DNA of 32,000 bases from Patescibacteria group bacterium. GTDB taxonomy: Bacteria; Patescibacteriota; Patescibacteriia; 2-01-FULL-39-33. The DNA is taken from contig JBAZRV010000001.1 in NCBI GenBank assembly GCA_041662745.1, positions 30,001-62,000 of the forward strand. Reading direction: 5' to 3'. Shown one piece after another: positions 8,701 to 15,189 of this stretch (position 1 is the first letter of the stretch; each line of letters opens with the position of its first letter). The position numbers and the translations under genes are program-made. The notes beneath the pieces are model-generated. The model searched no databases. It was not told where the DNA came from and worked only from the letters and a program-made list of their open reading frames with translations.

Positions 8701-9267
8701 GCTCAGGGTTGTTTCGCATCTGGGACAGATATGCATGGACTTATAACCTTCATAAACCAAACCCTTGTCATACAATTCCTTAAACACCCACCAAATTGAT
8801 TCCATGTAAGACAAATCCATGGTCTTGTAAGAATCGTCCATATCCGCCCAGCGGCCGAAACGGGCGATGGTCTTTTTCCATTCCTCAACATAAACCAAAA
8901 CCTTGCTGCGGCAGTATTCGTTGAATTTACCAATGCCGTAGTTTTCAATATCTTTCTTGCTCTTAAAGCCCAGTTCTTTCTCCACGATGTTTTCAATGGG
9001 CAGGCCATGGCAATCCCAACCCCAGCGACGCTCCACATAACGGCCGCGCATCGTCCAAAATCGCGGCACCACGTCTTTCATCAGACTGGCGACCATATGG
9101 CCGTAATGCGGAGTACCGGTGGCAAACGGCGGGCCGTCATAAAAACTGTAAGCCTCGCCAGCCCTGGTCTGTTCCAGTGATTTCTCAAAAATTTTATTAT
9201 CCGTCCAAAATTTTTGGATCTCTCGCTCTCTTTCCGGAATCGGATTAACCCACTTTTTTTCTTCCAT
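5728..9267 (-). CDS. ileS: isoleucyl-tRNA synthetase (type 2-like) carrying an inserted histidine-phosphatase domain
   Basis: Motifs present: class I HIGH variant TPHYGH, KMSKR, CP1 editing motif TTTPWTLPGN, and WFDSGSMPYAQQHYPFEN. The start was set at ATG 9267 (MEEKKWVNPIPERE) because the 26 upstream codons of the ORF overlap the leader terminator. See findings for the insert at 7159..7725. Confidence 0.95.
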   Translation of the reverse strand: MEEKKWVNPIPEREREIQKFWTDNKIFEKSLEQTRAGEAYSFYDGPPFATGTPHYGHMVASLMKDVVPRFWTMRGRYVERRWGWDCHGLPIENIVEKELGFKSKKDIENYGIGKFNEYCRSKVLVYVEEWKKTIARFGRWADMDDSYKTMDLSYMESIWWVFKELYDKGLVYEGYKSMHICPRCETTLSQQEVSEGYKDIKDLSVTAKFELVDEPGAYVLAWTTTPWTLPGNVALAVGKDIDYVVVSSGANKKMEAYDVEGGNKITATMSVVRPGEKLILAEALLEKVFAGQQVRVLDKFKGSELIGKEYKPLFPYYLDKDLPNKENLYTIVAADFVTTDDGTGVVHIAPAYGEEDMQLGQEENLAFIQNVTLAGNFKDEVADFAGLNVKPAEDTKATDKKVIEYLDRHKLLFASAEYEHSYPHCWRCDTPLINYATSSWFVKVTDIKAKALETAKNINWSPAHIKEGRFGKWLEGARDWSISRQRFWASVIPLWRCQCGEIKVIGSVAELEELKIDRNNFFAIRHGEAEKNIKHVFSSGLGVYSLTANGREQIKVAADGLKDKKIDLIVSSEVLRAKETAQLIAEVTGAELVFDARLNELDAGELEEQSDVDDKAKAVIAKWKSDWDNAYPAGESVRQVTERTLALYQELNEKYEGKNILLVSHEDTIKSFLGRLYGYEPSQTFRDLAVEKGQVLEIKQKITDLHKHFVDQWQIVCQECGQKMTRIPDVLDTWFDSGSMPYAQQHYPFENQEKFLAGFPAQFIAEGVDQTRAWFYYLHIIATAVRDSEAFKNVIVNGIVLAEDGKKMSKRLQNYTEPEIIMDKYGADALRFYLLTAPVMTAENLNFSDDAVKEAMQKVTMLLNNILSFYKLYEVSGTAASEPVKSDNILDKWLSVKLNLLLLEVTKNMEAYDLPRATRPLAEFIDEFSTRWLQSSRERLKGDDEADKNQAIATFRLVLLELSKIMAPFTPFVAEYVYKQIGGEKESVHLESWPEIDKELYGSKEASAYSDKLKEQMGLAAAIEELGLAARAEAKIKIRQPLNKATVFGLALAEEPYKQQLINLIKDKLNLKNLEFAGGTEIKLELDTDLTDELKVEGAWREFVRTVNTLRKDAGLTIKDRIKLSWQSEGETVKKVFGDALLNEELKKSTLTQEIIEADSDAKAVSINGEKVKIKIEKL

Positions 9268-9485
9268 ACTGTTATTTATGATTACTGTTTGTTTAAAATA
9301 AAAAACACCAACTTGGCTGACCGGAGCCCTCGCGGGCGGTACCATCTCGGTGTTTGACTTGATTTCAGCTGTTACGGGCTGACCGGCCGATTTTACTTTC
9401 CGTTACAAACGGGTTTCTTTCGGCAGCTCCAATGGTGATAACCACTGTCGGGCGCTGTTATTGATTGTTTAACTTGCTTATACGA
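9268..9485 (-). promoter_or_regulatory. T-box riboswitch leader upstream of ileS
   Basis: The minus strand reads ACCGAGAUGGUACCGCCC-GCGA-GGGCUCCGGU. This is a T-box-like GGUACCGC core in which a UGGU bulge is flanked by ACCG/CGGU and GCCC/GGGC helices capped by a GNRA loop. A competing terminator (AACACC...GGUGUU plus a U-run, 9293-9354) overlaps it. AUC triplets are present at 9389-9391 and 9361-9363. Confidence 0.65.
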
Positions 9486-9492
9486 TATTTTC

Positions 9493-9521
9493 AATATAAC
9501 AAAAATCAAATAAAAAGTCAA
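9493..9521 (-). promoter_or_regulatory. sigma70-type promoter of the ileS leader
   Basis: On the minus strand: TTGACT (9521-9516), 17-nt spacer, TATATT (9498-9493). Confidence 0.6.
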
Positions 9522-9556
9522 AAATAAAAGTCGCCACTGCCGATGGCCTGGCGACT
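9521..9556 (-). terminator. intrinsic terminator after the 180-aa secreted protein gene
   Basis: On the minus strand, agtcgcca-(12 nt)-tggcgact is an 8-bp stem followed by a T-run. Confidence 0.7.
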
Positions 9557-9580
9557 GAACTTACTCGGACTGAAATTATA

Positions 9581-10123
9581 TTACTTACGTGTCTGCGTAT
9601 CAGCATTAACCCGTAATTCGGCGTTGCGGGTCATAACCGAACCGGTGTCGTTGTCCACATAACAAAAATAATAGTCGTCATCTTCAAGGCTGATTTGCGG
9701 CCAGCTAAGGGTTGGAGATTGCGCCGTGGGATTATCAACCGGCAGATAAATCTTGCACAACGGGCAATGATTGCGTCGGCACCATTGATAGCGCAGGTTA
9801 TTGCCCACGGCCACCACGGTCAAAGACACCGCCTGTCCTTCATTGACAGTGAGATCATCGGGTTGGCGGATGATCATCGGCGGCATTTCCATCTCACCCC
9901 CCCCTGCGACGCCGCAACAAAAGCCGTCTTCAGTGCCGACTTCAGGGCAGGCATGATAAGCGCCGCTATTATAAAATTGGATCACCCGCAATAATTCCGC
10001 AAGCGAGATTATGCCGTCCCGATCAACATCGGCGTCATGAAAATTATTTATCTCCGCCACTATTGGAAACAAACCGACGGCTAAGATAAAAACCAAGATC
10101 AGCAACAAGGCCCTGCATCTCAT
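9581..10123 (-). CDS. secreted protein with dockerin/EF-hand-like motif and one Ig-like (I-set-like) domain
   Basis: AGGAGG RBS. Signal peptide MRCRALLLILVFILAVGLFPIVAE. DADVDRDGIISLAELLRVIQFYN is a Ca-binding loop-helix pattern. The Ig-like module runs PPMIIRQPDDLTVNEGQAVSL...YQW...DDDYYFCYV...AELRVN. Confidence 0.7.
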   Translation of the reverse strand: MRCRALLLILVFILAVGLFPIVAEINNFHDADVDRDGIISLAELLRVIQFYNSGAYHACPEVGTEDGFCCGVAGGGEMEMPPMIIRQPDDLTVNEGQAVSLTVVAVGNNLRYQWCRRNHCPLCKIYLPVDNPTAQSPTLSWPQISLEDDDYYFCYVDNDTGSVMTRNAELRVNADTQTRK

Positions 10124-10161
10124 CTTATGTTTTCCTCCTTCTTGTTTTCAACCGTTTGAAT

Positions 10162-10488
10162 TCATTCAGGTTTAAATTGTTGGTTAAACCGATCAAAATT
10201 AGGATAGTAGGCGTCAAATAAAACCCTTTGACCGCAAATCTGAGCAACATGACCGCACCAAATTCTTTCAGGAATTTGCTCCAAATATTTCGCCATTAAT
10301 TTACGCAAAAGCATTTTATCGGCCGTACTGGGCTGGAAACGCACCGGATTTGATCCTTTGAATCCATAATAACGGTAATACTCAATCTCTTCCCGCACAT
10401 AATCTTCCAAAAAAAGCAGAGCTGACTTAAACATTATCTGAATCATTTCTTCGGCGGATACCTGTTTAAAGCCCAAACTATGTGCCAT
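10162..10488 (-). CDS. hypothetical protein (108 aa)
   Basis: The start was moved to the ATG at 10488 (MAHSLGFKQ...), preceded by AGGAG with a 7-nt spacer. It lies 38 nt upstream of the secreted Ig-like gene, so the two are probably co-transcribed. No family recognised. Confidence 0.55.
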   Translation of the reverse strand: MAHSLGFKQVSAEEMIQIMFKSALLFLEDYVREEIEYYRYYGFKGSNPVRFQPSTADKMLLRKLMAKYLEQIPERIWCGHVAQICGQRVLFDAYYPNFDRFNQQFKPE

Positions 10489-10676
10489 TGCCGTTCTCCT
10501 TATCCTATTGCAAAAGAACTCTGAATTCATTTGAATACGCTATCATATCAATAGTTAATTGTCAATTAAAGGATTGCTCGTCCGGCAGGGCTTATGGGGC
10601 GATTTTGGAAAAATTAAGTGACGAGGATTAGAACTATTTAAAAAGTTCTTGATTCGTATAAACTGTGAATAACTAT

Positions 10677-10705
10677 TTGACGTTTTTACCGGCATTTGTT
10701 AATAT
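10677..10705 (+). promoter_or_regulatory. candidate promoter of the NrtR-like gene cluster
   Basis: TTGACG (10677-10682), 17-nt spacer, TAATAT (10700-10705), about 30 nt upstream of the ATG at 10737. Confidence 0.5.
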
Positions 10706-10736
10706 GCGTATATAAGACACAAACTAAAAATTATTT

Positions 10737-11414
10737 ATGAATTTGGGCAATAGCAAATACCAAAATCAATATCTGCATGCTGACGCCGCAGTCTTTACGG
10801 TCGAAGACCGTAAGGTCAAGTTGCTTTTGGTGCGCCGTTCCCGCAAACCCTACATTGGACAGTGGTCGCTGCCGGGTGGAGGAATTTACCGCACAGAATC
10901 AGCTAAACAGGCGATAAAAAGGGAATTGGCATACAAGACTGGATTGAAAAATCTCTATCTGGAAGAATTCGGCGTCTTTAGTGAGCCGAAACGCGATCCA
11001 CGCGGCCGCATCATCTCAATCGCCTTTCTCGCCTTACTAGATAAGAACAAAGTGTCGCTATTGCAGAAAACACCCAAAACCATGGGCGCGAAGTGGTTCG
11101 ACATAAAAAAGTTGCCGCCTATAAAATGGGACCACAAAAAAATCACCAACTTGGCTATTGCAAAGCTGCGCAAGCGACTTTTGGAATCCAACATTGCTTG
11201 CCGGCTGTTGCCGAGATACTTCACGCTGCCAGAATTGCATAAGACTTATGAAATCATCCTTGGTAAACAACTCGATCGTCGCAATTTCCGCAAGAAATTC
11301 CTCAAGCTGGGCTTGATTATCAAGACAGAAAACAAGGAACGCGGCAGTAGGAACCGTCCGGCCGCCTATTACAAGTTCAAGACCGAACAGCATCAGGATA
11401 TTTCCATCTTTTAA
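10737..11414 (+). CDS. nrtR: NrtR-like protein: Nudix domain with degenerate Nudix box fused to a C-terminal winged-helix domain
   Basis: The Nudix-like box GGGIYRTESAKQAIKRELAYKTGL lacks the full REUxEE signature. The C-terminal segment FTLPELHKTYEIILGKQLDRRNFRKKFLKLGLI...RPAAYYKF matches my recollection of the NrtR wHTH region. Confidence 0.8.
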   Translation: MNLGNSKYQNQYLHADAAVFTVEDRKVKLLLVRRSRKPYIGQWSLPGGGIYRTESAKQAIKRELAYKTGLKNLYLEEFGVFSEPKRDPRGRIISIAFLALLDKNKVSLLQKTPKTMGAKWFDIKKLPPIKWDHKKITNLAIAKLRKRLLESNIACRLLPRYFTLPELHKTYEIILGKQLDRRNFRKKFLKLGLIIKTENKERGSRNRPAAYYKFKTEQHQDISIF

Positions 11415-11503
11415 ACCTTCAACGCTTATTGAGACTATGACCCACGAGTGCATCATTTGGCAACTTAGTTTGAGTATATTTTACACAAAAAATAATCATC
11501 ATT

Positions 11504-12682
11504 ATGCCCAGTTTCCATCTCTGCAATAACAACGTCTGCACCCGGCTCTATCTTTTCGGCCAGGATTTAAAAAGCCTACTGTTGCAAAACTGCTGGCAGG
11601 AATTGCCTCTGAACCAAGCCGACCTTATTTTCGTCAATTCATGTTCTTTCCTAACAAAGACCGAAAATTTTTTTCTGGCTAAGATTGAAAAATTAGACAA
11701 ATCCAAAACCGCCAACCAGAAAATCATCGTCTTTGGCTGCTTGCCGCATACTTCTCTCGAAAAATTAAGAATGGTCTTCTCCGGCGAAATCATGCCGGCC
11801 AGGGACCTGGCGCAAGCAGCCGACCTGCTTGGTTTAAAATCAATAAACAGTAATATTGGCTATTCGATTCCGCGCCAATTGCGAACTTTAGATCGTTTCA
11901 ATTATTTCATCAATAAATACCTGATTCGCAATGCCTATTTGGGCTATCTGTCCGGCGAACCGGCCTATTACCTCAATATCGCCCGAGGCTGCCTCGGCAA
12001 ATGCACATATTGCTCAGAAAAAACAGCTCGCGGACCCCTTTCCAGTTGGCCGATTGCCGATATCGCCGCCTCTTTCCGAACCGGCTTGAAGCAAGGCTAT
12101 AGGATATTCTCCCTTAATGCCGATGATGTCGGCGTTTTCGGCTGGGATCGGAAGGAAAACATCGCCGGATTGCTCAATGAACTGCTATCAGCTGACGGTG
12201 ATTTTAAAATTATCCTGACAGAATTCAATCCCTGGGGTTTGATCAAGCATCAGCAAGAACTACTGTCGCTTCTGGCTTCAAAAAAAATAGCTCATATTAC
12301 CATTCCCCTCCAATCCGGCTCGGATAAAATCCTCAAGCTGATGAGGCGACCTTATTCCATTCTGACAGTCATGGACATTATAAGACTTATTAGAAATAAT
12401 AATCCAAACATCATCATCAATACCCATCTGATCGCCGGTTTTCCGGGAGAAACCGAAGAGGATTTCAGACTGACACTTGATCTCGTCAAGTCTGGCCTGT
12501 TTGACAAGGTCAAAGTCTTTCCCTATTCCGATCGACCGCAAGTGCCGAGCTACGACTTGCCGTATAAAATTCCGCCTCGAATAATGGCTGAACGCTCCCG
12601 ACGGCTGAGATATGAAACCTTCAGGCAGGCGCTACTGAAGCTAAACCTTAGAAATATATTGCTCAATCTGCAAAAAATTTAA
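11504..12682 (+). CDS. radical SAM enzyme of the methylthiotransferase (MiaB/RimO-like) family, no TRAM domain evident
   Basis: CxxxCxxC motif at ARGCLGKCTYC. MTTase-like core blocks HITIPLQSGSDKILKLMRRPY and LIAGFPGETEEDFRLTLDLV...VFPYSDRP. The N-terminal domain has Cys in LCNNNVC, NSC and FGC, resembling the UPF0004 second-cluster domain. The protein ends about 40 aa after the core. Confidence 0.8.
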   Translation: MPSFHLCNNNVCTRLYLFGQDLKSLLLQNCWQELPLNQADLIFVNSCSFLTKTENFFLAKIEKLDKSKTANQKIIVFGCLPHTSLEKLRMVFSGEIMPARDLAQAADLLGLKSINSNIGYSIPRQLRTLDRFNYFINKYLIRNAYLGYLSGEPAYYLNIARGCLGKCTYCSEKTARGPLSSWPIADIAASFRTGLKQGYRIFSLNADDVGVFGWDRKENIAGLLNELLSADGDFKIILTEFNPWGLIKHQQELLSLLASKKIAHITIPLQSGSDKILKLMRRPYSILTVMDIIRLIRNNNPNIIINTHLIAGFPGETEEDFRLTLDLVKSGLFDKVKVFPYSDRPQVPSYDLPYKIPPRIMAERSRRLRYETFRQALLKLNLRNILLNLQKI

Positions 12683-12685
12683 TTT

Positions 12686-13258
12686 ATGACCATTCTAATC
12701 TGTGGACAATCAGGCACAGGAAAAACGACGCTGGCCAAAATTATGGCAGATAAGCTTAATGCTGTCTGTATTTCGACTGACAGCATTAAGTTGTTTGCGC
12801 GTGCCAGCGGCTACGGCAATGCCTTTACCTATACCGACAGCCACGGCGCCTGGTCTAAGTTTGGTCGGAAGAATCGCCAGAATATCATCCGCGGCTTCAA
12901 AGCTCACAATCGCGTGCTCGAACAGCTCATTACAGACATCATCAAAGAAGCCGACGGTATTTCCCAACACTTAATCGTCGAAGGCGTTCAAATTACGCCT
13001 AAAATGTTAAAAGAGTTGCCAGGTGAAAAAATGGCTATCTATCTAGATTTACCGTGCAAAAAAACTCACTTCAAAATTTTCGACTATAAGAATTCGAGAC
13101 GCAAAATCGCCAACACTTTGTGGCGCGCCAATTACGATGCTATCCGACTGATTAATGACTATACTAAGGATGCCTACCGCCGAGCCGGATTCAGCATTAT
13201 TAGGTCAGCTCCAGCCGAGCTTGTGGCCGATCGGTTGCTAACAAAAATCCGCATATGA
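12686..13258 (+). CDS. P-loop kinase, 2-phosphoglycerate-kinase-like (COG2074-like)
   Basis: Walker A GQSGTGKTT. ISTDSIKLFAR and IIRGF...LIVEGVQITP resemble the 2PGK-family blocks (STDxIR, EGVH). The start is 3 nt after the radical SAM stop, and the stop overlaps the next start (ATGA). Confidence 0.65.
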   Translation: MTILICGQSGTGKTTLAKIMADKLNAVCISTDSIKLFARASGYGNAFTYTDSHGAWSKFGRKNRQNIIRGFKAHNRVLEQLITDIIKEADGISQHLIVEGVQITPKMLKELPGEKMAIYLDLPCKKTHFKIFDYKNSRRKIANTLWRANYDAIRLINDYTKDAYRRAGFSIIRSAPAELVADRLLTKIRI

Positions 13259-14118
13259 ACGACTACCGAGATTGCGATTATTTCATTGATGACTTGGGCG
13301 ACATTCATATTGTGCGCGGCTACTTGCATCCAGTCAACTTAGTGCGGACCAAGCTGATATACAAAAAAACTTCCGCAGGCGATCGCAGCCGCCGCAACGG
13401 AGATTGCTACGAAAAAAATCAGATCGACCAAATTATCTATCTCCCGGCCAGCCGTATAAAAGAGTATTTCCGGCCATTAAATAATCCCATAAAGACGAGT
13501 TTGGAGGGTCTCTGGCTGGACATGTATAACGAGCTGAATAATTACGTCGCTGCAGACGACATTGGAATTTTCGGCTCCAGCCTATTGGATTTTCCAGTCA
13601 CCCGCGATGTCGACTTTATTATTTATGGCTTGGACAATTGCCGACGGATAAAAAGCAATATAGAAACGATCAAAATGGCGATGGCAGTGCCGGGAATCTC
13701 AACCAATCACATCAATTATCAATCGCAAAAATTTTCGGCATCGCATGAACCGGGCAATAACACCCTAGCCAAGACTTTAGCCAACAAGTGGTGCACGGTG
13801 CAAATCGCGCCGGGAGTTTCCAACACGTTGATGTTCGGCTACAAGGCGGAAGAAATCGGCGACTGGCTAAATGCCGATGACCGGCCGGGGAAAGACATTG
13901 TTGTGGAGGGTGAGGTCCTAGATGATATCCGCACCAACTTCAGCCCGAGGATTTTCAACGTACGGGATCGCCGTGGTATAATTTTTACAGTAAAAACATA
14001 TTATTGGGCTTATCATGCCTGTGTGCGCATCGGCGACATAGTTACGATTGCGGGCAGATTAGTCGACCGCAACATAATTCTATTGAATAATTTCAATCAC
14101 GGCATCGCAATTAGATAA
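13255..14118 (+). CDS. predicted nucleotidyltransferase (Pol-beta superfamily motif) with beta-rich, possibly OB-like C-terminal region
   Basis: The GS-x10-DxD pattern (IGIFGSSLLDFPVTRDVDFIIYG) is the minimal NTase signature. The C-terminus VVEGEVLDD...FTVKTYYWAY...GDIVTIAGRLVDRNIILLN looks like a small beta-barrel. The ATGA overlap indicates translational coupling with the kinase gene. Confidence 0.6.
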   Translation: MNDYRDCDYFIDDLGDIHIVRGYLHPVNLVRTKLIYKKTSAGDRSRRNGDCYEKNQIDQIIYLPASRIKEYFRPLNNPIKTSLEGLWLDMYNELNNYVAADDIGIFGSSLLDFPVTRDVDFIIYGLDNCRRIKSNIETIKMAMAVPGISTNHINYQSQKFSASHEPGNNTLAKTLANKWCTVQIAPGVSNTLMFGYKAEEIGDWLNADDRPGKDIVVEGEVLDDIRTNFSPRIFNVRDRRGIIFTVKTYYWAYHACVRIGDIVTIAGRLVDRNIILLNNFNHGIAIR

Positions 14119-14161
14119 CAAGCTTGGTTATATAATATCCGGTTTATTTCCAGCTTATTCC

Positions 14162-14266
14162 AAAACCCTCCTCGTCCCGCCTGCCTGCCGGTAGGCAGGT
14201 CCGCCCTAACCATAAATCAACAAAAAAGACCTAAATTCATAGGTCTTTTTATGTTACTTCATTAAG
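14162..14266 (+). repeat. direct repeat copy A (structured intergenic element containing a terminator)
   Basis: It aligns with 15061..15170 at roughly 90 percent identity by hand alignment. It contains hairpin cctgcct-gccggt-aggcagg and terminator agaccta-aattca-taggtct plus a T-run. Confidence 0.85.
14222..14250 (+). terminator. intrinsic terminator of the NrtR-like cluster (inside repeat copy A)
   Basis: aaaaaagaccta-aattca-taggtcttttt. Confidence 0.75.
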
Positions 14267-14337
14267 TGAAGGATAATAGACGATATTAGAACTTGTTTAG
14301 TCAAAATTGATAAAAATTATTTCGTCCCAAATTTAAG

Positions 14338-14366
14338 TTGACAAAAATAACTAGTTGCGATAACAT
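14338..14366 (+). promoter_or_regulatory. candidate promoter of the cassette gene
   Basis: TTGACA (14338-14343), 17-nt spacer, TAACAT (14361-14366). Confidence 0.45.
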
Positions 14367-14423
14367 ATCGTCAATAAACAAAAAATGCACATTAAAATAT
14401 AAACAACCAAAAAGGAGAAAGAA

Positions 14424-14993
14424 ATGCCATTGTTTAATATTGATCGCCCTAAGGCAGAAAGAATTAAATCAAGGTTGGTTGCCATACTACCAACCAAGAA
14501 GCAGAAAAGAGAAATATTCCTAGCCACCGCCAGAAGAGTGGTCGGTCGAAAAGTAATCGAATGGAATTCTTGTTGTGGCACCTACGGCCAGGGCGGGCCG
14601 GGATTCTTGGGTTTTAAGCTTGAAAAAAATTTCAGATACCACGAAGAATGGTTGATCTTAAGAATTTGGGGTGCGGATAATTGGTTGCTGGTCAACGGTC
14701 TATGGTTTGCGGCCGATCCCGATCAATATGATATTCAAGTCCCGCTTTATTCAAATTATTATGAAAAAGAATGGGATAATTTTTCCGAACTAATTATAAG
14801 CGAAAGAATAGAGACATTCGAGATTGCTGAAAAAACTATGACAATTACCATTGGATCTACTGTTATTTCGCTTGGCGATAATCCGGAAGAGCGGCCCAGA
14901 TATGCCGGTAACGGCGATCAACGCAAACTCGATGAAGCTGATGACCTACGAGAGGCCTGGATACTTTCTCCTTATGCCTGGGTTGAAATATAA
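14424..14993 (+). CDS. hypothetical protein (189 aa), Trp-rich, bracketed by direct repeats
   Basis: AAAGGAGAAAG RBS 4-5 nt before the ATG. No signal peptide and no family recognised. It has its own promoter and terminator. Confidence 0.65.
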   Translation: MPLFNIDRPKAERIKSRLVAILPTKKQKREIFLATARRVVGRKVIEWNSCCGTYGQGGPGFLGFKLEKNFRYHEEWLILRIWGADNWLLVNGLWFAADPDQYDIQVPLYSNYYEKEWDNFSELIISERIETFEIAEKTMTITIGSTVISLGDNPEERPRYAGNGDQRKLDEADDLREAWILSPYAWVEI

Positions 14994-15060
14994 TTGTTAC
15001 ACTAAGAGACACATTAACCAATGCCGAGGACAAGGATGTCCCCGGCGTTTTCATTTTTCT

Positions 15061-15170
15061 AAAATCCTCCTCGTCCCGCCTGCCTGCCGGTAGGTAGGCA
15101 GGTCTGGGCTAACCGCAAACCAACAAAAAAAGACCTAAATTCATAGGTCTTTTTATATTATTTCATTAGG
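15061..15170 (+). repeat. direct repeat copy B
   Basis: Same element as 14162..14266, with a 4-nt tagg duplication in hairpin 1, one extra A, and about 10 substitutions. Confidence 0.85.
15125..15154. terminator. bidirectional intrinsic terminator (inside repeat copy B)
   Basis: aaaaaaagaccta-aattca-taggtcttttt sits between the convergent cassette gene and the ferredoxin gene. Confidence 0.75.
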
Positions 15171-15189
15171 CGGGCAACCTTATATTGGA

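Noticed and set aside
9268-9345. N-terminal 26-codon extension of the ileS ORF (MVPPARAPVSQVGVFYFKQTVIINNS).
   Set aside because: These codons overlap the T-box terminator hairpin and U-run. The conserved IleRS sequence begins at the ATG at 9267.
14162-15170. Integron gene cassette with attC sites.
   Set aside because: The repeats lack convincing RYYYAAC/GTTRRRY core sites. They are direct copies of a terminator-containing element, not imperfect palindromic attC sites. No integrase gene is present in the window.
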